Source: Lama glama | Lineage: Eukaryota | Assembly: GCA_028534125.1 (NCBI GenBank) | Contig: CM052816.1 | Location: 87,856,001 to 87,920,000 of the forward strand | DNA: 64,000 nt | Direction of reading: 5' to 3' | In this document: one piece after another, positions 51,781 to 64,000 of the stretch | Layout: the number at the start of each line of letters is the position of its first letter | Position numbering within the stretch: the stretch's first letter is position 1 | Made by a program: the position numbers and the translations under genes | The notes under the pieces: generated by a model | Told to the model about the DNA's origin: nothing | The model's input: only the letters and a program-made list of their open reading frames with translations | The model's database searches: none

Positions 51781-54139
51781 CGAACTGACTAAACTGACAT
51801 TCTGCACTGCAGCAAGTGACTGTTTATGTCAGGGAAAGGCTCAGTTTATAAGCAAGTGTTCTAGAATGAAAACCGGTGTTTGGGGATAACGGTACTACAG
51901 AGCGATTGCTTTTGAAATATAAGTATTCTGCCTCGCATCAGGAGACAATAAAGGAAACCTGAAAAGAGAGTTAACTTCTCATTTTACCCGCCTTTAAATA
52001 ATCTAGAGAGCTGTGGGGCGCTAAGGTAACTTGATTTTGATTGAAGTGTTCTGCTGTTGTCATACGGTGAAATCTCCAAGTCTAAAAGCTTCTAAGTTAA
52101 ATTAGATGGAAAGAAAATTTGCAAATGAGAGTTGAGATTTTGTGCAGCTTTTTACTTTAAAAATGTTCCTGAGCTCCCTCTGGGTCAATGGATTTAGGAC
52201 TAAATCCCTGAATATTTTAATAGTGTCCATTTAGCAATTATAATTTAAATGAAGTTTCTAATGTAGCTGTTAAGAAAAATGAACCCCAAAAGTTATACCA
52301 TTGATATGATTTATAGTTTTATACGAGAGGTGAATTTTTTATGAGATAGATTAATATGAATAAATAACCTTCTTGCTAATATACTTACTTTTGAAAGGAG
52401 ATTTCTTCAATAGACTCAATTTATATGTTTATTGAAATCTTGGCTTATAGGTTTGTGAAGTTGCACTTTGTTATCAAACAAGAGTGAACTGAGGTTAAAC
52501 TTGTATTTTTACATGGTTTAGGGCAAATATCTAGGTAATTTAAACAAATTAGTCCACATTATTTCTTCTAAACCCTTTTCCTCATAAGTTTGTCAAAAAT
52601 ATCTAGAGTGAATAGAAGTAACTTTCCAAAGTCAGATTTAATTATCAGAACTTTTTTTTCCTACTTTACTTTGCACATGTAAATACAGTGTGATGGTTTT
52701 ATCCCAGATTATAGCAAATTTGCCTGCAATAAAAAATACAATGATTTTTGTCACTATAATTACTTACGCCCAATTGATTGATTAGCCCTGTAACCACGTG
52801 AGGGAATAATAACCACTTACCTGGTTATGAAAATCAAAATCATTTTCTAATAATGAAGCCAACCTTATTTAAAATAGAAAATATATTATTATGAGATAAT
52901 ACTTACACAAACTGAATTTCAATAACATTTGCTGTGCTAAAGCACAGAGAAAAAACCTAGCTACTTTTGTGTAAAGATTTATAATGGTATCTTAAACGTG
53001 GTTTTTAAAAGGAGCACTCATATTTCATGAGATGTTGATTCCACCTTCCTCTTGTGGGTGTCCTGAGATGGGACAGTTTATAAAGGTATCAGAACACTCT
53101 TCATGTTAATTGGCCAGGCTTCTGAAATTCTCTGGGGAGCTTTTGTCTATAACCATACATGAAGAGACTGATGTTTTTGCTTCCCCCATAGGAATAAAAT
53201 ATTTTTAGGACACCCACAGGCACTGATGTGGACTGGCTTGTTGTCTGTATGCTTTTAGCCAAAGCCTGAAGACATTTTATTTACCTCTGTTGTACTGAGA
53301 TGTCCATCTCTTCTCTCCAGGAGGATGGTTTTTCCACTGATTCAAAGATACCTCAGAGAAGTGTTTGATTAGTTACTGTTTGGGGTGTTTGGCGTCTTCA
53401 TTTTTCACATTTTAAGTAACCTCTAAAACAGGAAGAGGCACCATTAACTGGACGGGGCCACATTTATTAGTAACAAACTTGTACATTGCTGAAAACGCTC
53501 GGTATTACAAACTATTCCTTGGGCCAAGTTCAAAATTCGTGGTGGTGTCCTACCCAATGAACTTTTATTAGATGTACTTACTTGTATATGACCCTTGAAG
53601 GACGTGCTTAGTGTGTAATGAAATATTTATTTAAAAAGGCTGTTGTAGCTTTTTTTTTTTAAAGATATACTTGAAGTTCTTAAAAGGATTTTATCACTGT
53701 AGTTGTCTTAATTTGCATTACATGGGCTGAAAAGAGAATGACGAGAATCGCAGGGAAAATTGAGAATTGAATTAGGTGCTGTTTATTTTGGGTAGCATGT
53801 ACTTCCTCTGTCAGATTTTTTTCTCACGTATTATCCCACCTTATATCTATCTTCTATATTGAATCCCATTTTTCATTCCTTTGACAGTGATGTATTCCTT
53901 CTGTGAGATTGGAAAACAGAGGATAACCTCACTTAGAATAGTCAGTTTCAAAATTTAAACCAAAAACAAAAAAATCCATTAAAACTTTATAAAACTCGTC
54001 TATGATTTATAACCTGCTCCTAGGCAGGTGGTATTTTCAATAAAAGACAGTGGGGTGAGGCAGTGTCTATCATGACTTCTAAATGCCAAATAGCTGGGAT
54101 GTAAACTTTGTATTATATAATCATCAAATCAAAATGATA

Positions 54140-54290
54140 ACATTGGGAGTTATTTACCTCAATTTTCCAGACAAGGAGATGTAGGCTGAGAGAGCACATG
54201 TAACTGGGCCAAGGATGGTACCATAGTTAGTGGATCTATGGTTCAAGCTCAGATCTGGCAGTGTTTACAGCTCATAATCTTTGCTCTATA
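54140..54290 (-). mobile_element. MIR SINE
   Basis: attttccagacaaggagatgtaggctgagag...taactgggccaagg...ggttcaagctcagatctggc. Confidence 0.6.
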
Positions 54291-55984
54291 CTTTTTATCA
54301 CCTTATATATGGTGACTTTTTCCAACTTAATGTGATACTCATGAATATTTTAAGGTAATTTTAAGGTAGTGCAACTTAATTATATTACCCCCAGAATAGT
54401 TCAGTTCTTGGCTTATTCAAACTAAATGATTTTGTAAATTCCATTGCTACCAATGTTTGAAAGAAGCATATACCTTGTTCTTTCCGGTTTTGAAAGAGGT
54501 TAGTGCTCAAGTCTTTACATCAAGCTGATTCTGATTAGTACTGACAGAAAAAGCACTCCACTCTGGGATAATCAGTACTGAAATTTGGTATCTGCAAAAC
54601 ATACATCTTTTCAAGAGAGGTAGACATACTTTCAGGATAAAATCAAATAAAGATTAGAGATATAAATCCAATGCTACTTGTATCGAGATGTCATTAGAAG
54701 GAAGTTAAGGAGAATCATGTTCATGGCAAAATACATTCACAATATTAGAAAACATAAAGAAATTAACATTTGGAATTGAATATTGGAAAGTGAGCTAACA
54801 AAAAACAAAGATTCAAATGTAAGGAGTCTGTTTGCTCGCCTGACTTTATATAAGCCTTTCCATGTGTACACAGAGATTTACTACAGCTAATTATGTTGAT
54901 ATTGTGACAATATTATCCAAACCAAAATTTGGTTCAGTCTAGGACAAAAAGGGAGAGCTGTTGTAAAATTATGATTGACTGAAAAATGTAATCTGATTAA
55001 CTGTCATATCCAAGGATGTGCTGAGGCAGTAGCTGGAAGTTAGCTAGGTTGCATAGTCATAAAATAGAATCCTTTGTTATGTTTCAACATATTCTCAAAC
55101 ATGTAAAAAGATAACATTGAACCAGATACTGCAAATAATGGATTCAATAATGATTAGAAACATGATCAAGAAGTATATATGTATAATCTCCAGCCCCCAG
55201 CTAGCTTACTTTCCATTCTCTAGGTTTTATGGTAAATTATTGGCTTATCCTAGTTGTGTATAAGAATAACAGAAAAACAAAGTGTATATAGATAATCTCC
55301 TTTATTACTATTCCAAAAGAATCAACATGATCTATAAAAAGCCATACTGCAGAGGAACTCATGTGCTGAGGGACCACCATGAATAGGTCTCCCCACCCAG
55401 AAATATGACCGTGTCTAGGCTCCACAAGCCACAGTAGATTTGACCAGAGATGAATGCAATCAGATCTAAGACAGCCATCTCTAGAGTAGCCAACGGCTAC
55501 CATGTAGCCTTTTAAAAAGAACACAACAATAAAAGATGTCCTGTGTTATATAGGACATAGCTGATTTAATGACCTTACATATAAATTCAAGGTGGATAAC
55601 CAGCCGTGGGTGGGCAGGAGCAGAATTTGAGAAACATAGAGATGGTGATCTGCAGAAATCATCAATGAGATGATGTCATGAGGTTGGGAGGAAGGAAAGA
55701 AAAGAAGTGAATTCCCTTAGGTCAATTAGACAACAAACATGTTTTTCTCGCTATAGTGGCTAAGCACAAAAAGGAAGGAGTGCTCTCTGTGTAGGAACAT
55801 AAAGACTATGTGATCCTGGGTGGTATTGCAGACACGCCATGCAGTGCAACTGTTTCCTGTTTTCCACATTTTTCTCTGTGGTTTCAGTTCCATTAACCAA
55901 TTCAAGCTGAGCACATCTGTGTTTCTTACAAACTAAAAGATTATAATTGGCCCAACATCATACATATTCATAGTCTCAGGAGAC

Positions 55985-56240
55985 AGTGGATAAGGCAGAA
56001 ATGTGGAGTGGCCATAAGCATGGGTTCTAGATTCAAAGCCTCAGTTCAAATCCCACTGAGGGTACTTGCTAGCGCCAAGACCTTAGGCAAGTCAGTTAAA
56101 GTGCCTTCACTTTATTTTTATCATCTTTAAAATGGAGCTAATGATAGTACTGATCCCAAACCAGTGTTGTATGAAATAAAAGAGATAATTAATATAACAT
56201 ACTTACAACTGCTTCCGTGCTCTGGAAATATCAGTGGTTA
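55985..56240 (+). mobile_element. MIR SINE
   Basis: agcatgggttctagatt...gttcaaatccc...acttgctagc...accttaggcaagtcagttaa...catctttaaaatggagctaatgatagtac. Confidence 0.8.
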
Positions 56241-56476
56241 TTATAAACCAGAAATCTTGTTATTAGCCCCTTACCTTATCTGTCAAGTAGAGAAAATTAG
56301 GAACATTCTTTCTCCTTAAGAACAATGTATATTTGGACCTTACCAGAAGCTGGAACCACCTCCCGACACTGTGTTCCTATCAGTACACTTGAATTTTAGG
56401 AAAATACATTTTTTTTCTATTGGATTTAGACAGATGAGTAGATGTTACTTTAAAGAAAGTAATTTGGGAGACAGTT

Positions 56477-56623
56477 TAGGGGAAACTTCCTATTTTTGTC
56501 AATGGCGGCTTATATGCTATAAAACCAGACTTGAATAGTTGAGCACAAAGAAATTGTAGTGTGTGCAAAGCTGAAATTATTTGCTATTTTATCTTTTACA
56601 GAAAAAGTATGCTGGCTCCTTGT
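56477..56623. mobile_element. hAT MER58-like remnant
   Basis: gcaaagctgaaattatttgctattttatcttttacagaaaaagtatgctggctccttg resembles the MER58 terminus. Confidence 0.6.
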
Positions 56624-57009
56624 TTAGGAAAGAAACAAATTCATGAAACTAATTCATATATTGCATAATTTTTTATTATGAGCATAACATATTTTGTGAT
56701 TTATAAAATATTTTGAAGATAATGATCTAAAATATATTTTCAAATAGATCCAAACCTATCATTTCCTCTTCTCTACAAATTCATCTATATTTTGCTATGG
56801 GATTTAAATCCTCTAATTATAAAGTTGAAAGGTTATCGAATAGCATTTATACACATATACATACAGAAGAATTTCATATTTTGTATATTGATTCAAGTAA
56901 TCAGGTTAAATGAAATGTATTTTCTGCAACAGAATTCATTGTTTTCCATCCTCCAAGCCACACATTCTTTTGCTTTGCTATATACAGGATTCAATGAGCA
57001 TGTGTCTTA

Positions 57010-57325
57010 AAGCAGCAGATCCCTGGGTCTCACACCTGGAGTAATGATTTAGTAGGTCTGAGAAAGGACCTAGGAAACACAGTTTTGAAAGATATGCAGA
57101 CTATTCTGATAGAATCAGAATATATAGGGGTGTGACTCTATCACTGAGGTTTAAACAACTTCCTAGGCAATTCTAATATTCGCACCAGGTTGAGGATTGC
57201 TGTTATAGAACAACAAGTCCAGACTTGAGTGGGCACACATTGACCTGGGCATCTTGTTGAGAGGTTCTGGAGTGAGGCCACATTCTGCACGTGTACCAGC
57301 CCCCCACCCAGGGCTGCTGACACTG
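57010..57325. mobile_element. MER5-like hAT fragments
   Basis: gatccctgggtctcacacc...gatttagtaggtctg...ttaaacaacttcctaggcaattctaat...ccaggttgaggattgctg. Confidence 0.6.
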
Positions 57326-58139
57326 CTGCTCTGATTCTAGCCCCACTCTGCTCTGGGGTTGCCCCAGGTGGGTAAGTGGTCAGGGACCTACCAGAGGATG
57401 TGACTTACAGCCTAGCTTACCTGGTTAAAGGCTGGTAAAACTTCTCAAGAAGCTCTTTCCATTATAGAAGGATGATGCGAAGCTCTGAGCCAGGTAAAAA
57501 TTGAGAAACGTTTTTCTTAATCCACTGTTGATTCCCACTTGCTCTCTCTGGATATAGAAAAACTGAATGTTTTGGAAAACAATGTATTTCTACCACGTTG
57601 CCAACATGTTTAATTCTTTGCATTGTTCACACTTGCTAACAGTATTTATTTAACCATTGCTAACGTATTTCATTCTCTGCGGTTCAGAGGGAGCAGGCTT
57701 TTCCAACCCCACTTCTCAATGTGTAGAAATTCTTGGCTTCAGGGCTACGCAGGATAATTCCATACCAAGGTTCCAGACTCATCCCAGAGAGCTGACTTCT
57801 CAAACAGTATTTCACTTCTCTGTATTCTAGGAATGCAGTCATAAGGCTTCTTTATTTGTCACTTCAACTTTTCTTCTCTTTCCAAACTAAATGGCAAAGA
57901 TACTGATTTCAGCTCTCTCTCCTCTATGTAACCTTTTTTTTCTTTCTATTCCCAAATGCCGTACATATTTCTTTGTTATTGCTCAACTCTACAAAACACA
58001 AAGGGAGATATATTTCATTAGTGTGGACAGACATTTTGCATAACTTATATTAAAATTTCCCTATTACTGTTCCATATGTTTTCCTTCTCGAATGCTTAAC
58101 GTTTCCTTAACTGGAAACGTTATATTTTATATTTACTGA

Positions 58140-58322
58140 CGCTTTTATATTTATTGGATTGTTATTTGTCTCCTTGTTCCTCAATAGACATTAGAACGTA
58201 AGCTTCATGAAGACTGGGTTTTTTGTTTCTTTCTTTCATAGCTGCAGCCCAGGCCTGCAGTGGGGCCTGGCATAGAGTAGACTTTCAGAAAGTATCTATT
58301 GAACAAAGAATGAATGGATGTT
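58140..58322 (+). mobile_element. L2 3' end
   Basis: tagaacgtaagcttcatgaag...gcctggcatagagtagac...tattgaacaaagaatgaatggatg. Confidence 0.8.
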
Positions 58323-59659
58323 CCAAAGGAATAAGTTAGTTATATGGGCTGTGTCTTAGGATTGAGGCAAACCTAAACAATGATAGTTTTGCTTTTGCTT
58401 AGGACTGGGTAAGAATCAAGCCCATGTCCACTTAATTTACTTAGTATTAGCATGTGCCTCTTAAGTGTCAGGTACTTGCTAGAAGCTGTGGACACATGCT
58501 GACAAGCCCTAATTCCTTTGAATAGTGTATGCTTGTTGGTGGGGGTCCAAATAAGAGAAAGGCCAGTTACAGTACCCTCTGCTGTGTAATCATGAAAAAT
58601 ATGCACAGGGTGTTATCAACGCACAGAGAGAGCTCCTGACTTAACTTGGAGGGCCAGGGAATGCTTCCTAGAAATTTCCTGCGCTGTCAATGAAGGGATA
58701 GCTTGAATTAAGACAGACAGAAGAGGATGGGGTATAAGCTGCTGCTAGAAGTAACACTATGTCCAAAGGCACAGAGATGTGATAACAGAACCCTCACCCC
58801 TCCAGAACCACACTGGTTCTGGCATAACATTACGATAAAGTATTGCGTGTCTAAGAAGAGTGTGTGTGTAAAGCACAACTTCATATTTGTCTATGTAAGG
58901 GGTTTGAACTTCAACCCAGGGATAACAGGAACCCATCAAAGAATTCTGAGAGTGGGAAAGATTTATTGGTTCTGGTCTGAATCTTGTGTTATATTTTTCA
59001 GTACTTTGAATTAAATATATATACATTAAAAATACCTATAAAAATTAAAACAAAAGTATATCCGGGGAGAAAATTAGTTTTGGATGGAGCTGAATGGAAA
59101 GAGAATGAAATAATATAAACCAAGGATTTATGAAAGCTTATATGCAGGACTTGAAGCTGAACAAGAGGTTGAATGAGCATGAAATTGGCCAAGGATGTAT
59201 CCATTGGTGACTTTCAGGGGCTCCGTTTTGCAGGATTGGGTGAGCAACTTTATTTCACTTTTAGAGTTGAGGGAAAATGGCCATGCCTGCTAACACTGAT
59301 GTGGAGAACAGCTCACATTGTCCCACCTCCTGACTAGAAAAACCCCCATTCTTGTCTGGGCCCTTGGAGGACAATCACATTCAAAGCGAGCTATTCAAAT
59401 TTAATGGTATTGACATTCTCAGGAGGAGAACATTTTCACCTTTCATTCCATAGGTCGAACACTATGGGTTACCCTGGCAGAAACTCTGCTTCTTCTGGAC
59501 AGTTTTTTGTGTTGTTGTTATTGTTAACTGTAACTGAAATTAAATAGGAGATGTCATTTACCCAGGTTTTCTCTTACCAGTGTACCCCCAACTCACCTTT
59601 TTGTTTCTTTCTCCTCACTGTCAGTCCGACATTCCCCACTTACTGCCTGATGATGGTTT

Positions 59660-60590
59660 CTCCGATGCGACCAGAGCCTCCTTGAAGATAAGAATCTTGT
59701 TTTCCCTTCTTAAGCCTCAGCACCGAGATCAGCATCTATCACATAGCTGGTACCTCTATGTTAAAGAAAGGAGAGAAGGAGGGCAGGAAGAGAGGAATGG
59801 AGGAAGGGAGAGATAGAGAGAGGGAAGGAGGAAGGGGTCCATGCATCTACCAATCTTGCCCCCTACACTTGCTCCCTAGTCTCTCTTCAATGGCTCAGCA
59901 AATGGCACCACAACCTACCCAGCGGGCCAAGTGAGAAACCCAGCTGTTGGCTTTGCCTTACCACGCTCCATATCTGACACATCTGGGCCTTTCAGTGCTG
60001 CCCTTTACATCTTTCGCACACGGGTTTTCACCCTCACCTCCCCACGGTTCACATCACCGTCATCTGTTACTTGCTTATGAGCTCTGTATTACACTCTTTT
60101 TCTCCACAAAATAATGCTCCCGACTGCCAGGAGACTGACCTCCCTCAGGCCAGTCTTGATCTCATCGCTCCTGTGTTAAAGACTTCCCTTGTGGCCCCTC
60201 TCCTAGGATATCGTTCCGACCTCCCTGGGGCACCCATTTTATGGACGTTCTCTAGTCTTGCCCAAAATTTCTCCACCACTTTTTGTTCTTTATCTCTGAG
60301 ATTTCATATTTGCCACCTGTCTTATTGTCTTCTCATCTGACTAGATCTCTTGACCCGTAGAACGCAAGATGTCACTTTGTCCAAACAATTTTTGGCCCCT
60401 ACCAGGCTAGCAAAATCTCTCTCCTATCAGTTTCCATAAAACACTTTATAACCCTGCAACTCCAATCCCAGAACTCATTACATCATTTAATGATGCTGAA
60501 TTCCTAACTGCTGATGGCAGGCGCTATGCCTCTTTCATTCACTACTGTATCTCCAGTGACAGGCACCAACATATACAAATCCTTTGCAAA
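59660..60590 (+). mobile_element. Cluster of L2 fragments
   Basis: ctcagcaaatggcaccac...ccaagtgagaaacc, and ttcattcactactgtatctccagtgac. Pyrimidine-rich and diverged. Confidence 0.6.
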
Positions 60591-63321
60591 AAAAAAAAAA
60601 AAAAGACATGTAATGTATTGTAATGTACTTCTTTAAATTCAAGAACAATCATTTATTCATAAGCTTCTTCTTTCCTCTTGGATAGTTAAATGCCTGCCAT
60701 TCTGAAGAGAATTTTGCTCTGCCATATGACCTTTATGAAATATCCCCAAACACAAAAATATAGTAACAATTAGACTAATTCAGAAATTTGCCATGCCGGG
60801 AACCACTGATAATGGCTTAATGTATTTCGTACCTCTTGCAGACTGTGTAGATATCTTATCCTTTAATGAACAGTAAAAACTGTTCACGCACGTTTGGTAA
60901 AGGTCACCTGTTTTCAATCAGCATCTTTCTGTGTAGTAACTTGGTGACATTTCTCACCCATTTGTGATCAATGAACACACATATTTTACCTCAGAATTCC
61001 ATTCTCTTTAAAAGTACCACCCTGATAGCTTCTTATTTCATAACTAGATGATGGTTGTGCAGGAAACGACTCTAATTCTTAGTGTTAGGCTTTTGGATCT
61101 TTAGAGGAACGTATCTGGTATAACAAACACTAGAAATCAGCCGTACTTGAGAATCCGGTGTCAAAAAGCATGTCCTGAATAGATACTCTCTGATCTCACA
61201 TGTTTAAGAAATGATTACACTGTTATATTTAATATTCCCATAATTAAACTGTACTTTATTGCTTATCCTTTATATGGGGTGAGGCGAAATGCTCTAAAAA
61301 TCAATACAGAGTAAGCAACGGCATTAATTCTGAAAAGTATTTCTCTCACGGATATTTAGAAGCAATCTTCCCTGGAACCTTAATCCTCAAAAGGAAATTG
61401 CAGTCCTCACAGAAACACCATTTGGACCATGTGGGTCCAGGTCTCTGGATTTTTCTAAAAGCCTTCACGAGGCACAAATGACATTTTAAATATCTTGTCA
61501 TGGAATGAAGTGATTTTTAATGCAGATCCACCAAATATAATGTTATTTATCAGTGGGCCCGGAGGCAAACATATGAAAGGCAGAGGGAAACATTACACCA
61601 AGATGAATGTTGTGACTAGAGTCTAAGGAGAAACATAATATTATGATAATAGAGAAATATTTCTTGTCAGAACACACACAAAAAAAGTAAACAGGTATAA
61701 TATCCCACACTCTACTCGGAAGCATAATTAGACACCAGAATGTTTTCTTTTTCCCTCTGCTAAATGTTATGCCATTTTGTTTTTCTGAGATTTTAAGAAA
61801 AAAGAACAATTATGCTCTGGTCTGCAGGTATGGGAAGGGGGCTCCAACGCAGAGTTAGGCAGCAGTGAGTGGACACAGTTAACACAAAAAACTAGACCAA
61901 GTCATCAAAGTGTCACAATGACTCCTTTAAAGAAGTAAAGCTTGTTGTGACATGATGGCCACGTTACTCTTGTTCTTGACCAAATATACCAATTTATGAA
62001 GCCGCCAGCCCTTTTCACGTACCCACTCCTTTCTAGGTCTTTCTTAGTCCAGGTTTTGCAGACTCATGTGTTGTGTACCTCTCGTGATTAAGGAGCCACA
62101 CACCTGTGACGTAAAGCCTCTTACTTGTCTTTTATGTGTCGGTTGTAGTAATATTCCGTCCAAGAAATTTCGTGATTCTGCTTTGAGTAGAAGCAGAATG
62201 TTTTGCTTCCCAAAGCAGTTCATTCCATCTTTGGAGGAGCCCAACTGGGAATACGTGTGTGTATTTTAAGCAGAATTCTGTACTCCTAGGTAAATTCAGC
62301 ATGTGTATCTTAGAACTATGTAAATCAAACTTTAAATTTTAGACTACATTCAGTTGGTTCTGAAAAGTGGGTACCAGTCAATAAGCAAGGTAAGATTCTC
62401 TTCCACATGAAACCCATTCGCTTATCAACAGCACCCAGACCTCGCATCTTCTGTGCGTCAGTGCTCCCTGCCCGACCAGTGTCTAGGCTCGTGTGCTTCT
62501 CCAGTGTTCTCTTTAGGACACCCTGCAGCATGTGGTCCTTGAGAGACCATTCACTCTCTTTCCTCGGGTCCATACCAAATACGGAAGTCAGACTATATCT
62601 TCCTGTATGCGTGCGTTACCAAAAACAATAAAACTGGACAGGGTTGGTAAGGAGGGTGACCCTGCTAGCATTGCACTCACTGAAATATTTCATAAGGCTT
62701 GGCGTTGCAAGAGGAAATTCTAGAGTTAAAAGCATTTTTGTCCACAGGGAGCCATTACCCCTGAAAGTAAAAGACACCTTCAAAAGTCAGCCTCGAGTTT
62801 TGTGTGTAAACTGCTTGCTAGATAAAGAAGGGTTGTTGAAGTGAAGTGGTGACAAAAAGTAGGCTTTCCATAGGTCCTGGAGCCACTTAGCTCAGTCTGA
62901 CAAGAGCATAGCAGCACATACAGATGGAACAAGCTTAGCATTTAGGTTGCTAGATAGAATTTAAATGGCAGAAACAGTTCGGTAGGCATTATGCTCTTTT
63001 GGCATTAGTTATGATTCTGACATAAAAATAAAAATATTGAAGAATGTCAGAAACGCCTGTTTTCAGCCTTTTCTACTAGGTCAATTGTCAGATAACACAA
63101 CTGTCATCTCTCCATCATGTTCGTAAAAGATGATCACTTGGTGTGTAAGATGAATTTGAAGCCTACTTTCAACATTGTTAAGGACTATATAAAATTAAAG
63201 TACAATGAGAAGAATTAAAGTGTAATAACGTTATTCACTTAGCCAACATTATGAGCCCTTTTTTGGGGGGAGATTGCGAAGGGGTAAATGTACATATATA
63301 CACATATATTCTCTCTTTCCA

Positions 63322-63342
63322 TACACACACACACACACACAC
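63322..63342. repeat. (CA)n microsatellite
   Basis: About 10 AC units. Confidence 0.9.
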
Positions 63343-63498
63343 TATTTCCACAGGACTTTTGTTACATAGTATGCAAAGCAAGATGTAGCATGTTTTCATG
63401 TTTTTTTTAAAATTCCATCTAGAGTTACATCTTTTGATCATCATGGATGTGTATTTCTTTTGTATTATTACTAACAGATTAGCACTTAGAAATGTGTT

Positions 63499-63531
63499 TG
63501 TGTGTGTATGTGTGTGAGAGAGAGAGAGAGA
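63499..63531. repeat. Compound (TG)n(AG)n microsatellite
   Basis: tgtgtgtgtatgtgtgtgagagagagagagaga is read directly. Confidence 0.9.
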
Positions 63532-64000
63532 TCCCACAGGAAAAAGAGCCAGCATTGTATCCCAAGGCTTATTATATTCCCTCATGTTGAGCTAAATTCA
63601 GGAGCAAGAAAGGAAATAAACTGGGAAACATGCTCTGTTGTGCAGAGCTTTATGGAAGGAGAGAGATCCTCCCAAGAGACAAATATGTTGACAGTAGACT
63701 AAGAGTCAGAGGGCTCTTTGCTTCTTAATGTTTAGAATGTATAGAACATACATTTTATCCTGCCTCATTGGTTGTTTTGATAATTAAATGAGACAAAGTG
63801 TGACAAAGCACCCATCGTGGTGCTCAAAGGAAAAATAATAACTGTTTTCCTTGCCTTTCCCAAGCTTGGTGGGTCACCGGGAAGCCCGCCCAGGACCGCA
63901 AAGTCCATCTGAGCGGGGTGGGGATGTCATAATGATTAAAAGAGAGGGGTTTTCATTTCAACAGATTGAAATTGTAATCTGACTCCATGACTTCCTACCT

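Noticed and set aside
53300..53420. Plus-strand acceptor tctcttctctccAG at 53320
   Set aside because: No convincing downstream donor, so there is not enough evidence for an exon.
1..64000. CRISPR arrays, operons, tRNA/rRNA genes, or a specific gene name for the promoter
   Set aside because: No repeat-spacer array or structured RNA gene was recognised. The exon sequence did not match any gene I can recall reliably, so no symbol is given.

Overview
This is AT-rich, repeat-rich mammalian genomic DNA, not microbial. I recognise no intact host protein-coding exon. Every long ORF that looks like a real protein is LINE-1 ORF2 debris. The main landmarks are: (1) a ~4.2-kb 5'-truncated minus-strand L1 (23221-27446) with a target-site duplication (TSD), a full-span but disrupted ORF2 and a 100-N assembly gap; (2) many older eutherian repeats (MIR, L2, MaLR/ERVL LTRs, hAT MERs, L1M 3' ends); (3) one CpG-island-like promoter (~51.05-51.78 kb) carrying an apparently non-coding plus-strand exon that ends in a perfect AAG|GTAAGT donor. 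I cannot name the gene with confidence. The young L1 3' UTR type and the lack of recognisable Alu, B1, Bov-tA/BovB, PRE-1 or CAN SINEs suggest a camelid, which is an inference. The best speculative leads are alternative acceptors (including a 17-nt micro-exon) in the promoter exon, a possible divergent minus-strand spliced transcript that would encode an 81-aa ORF, a MYB-motif cluster at the promoter, and several CpG-retaining E-box clusters. Repeat subfamily names come from recalled consensus similarity, and repeat boundaries are approximate unless a TSD is given. I found no convincing novel biological system.
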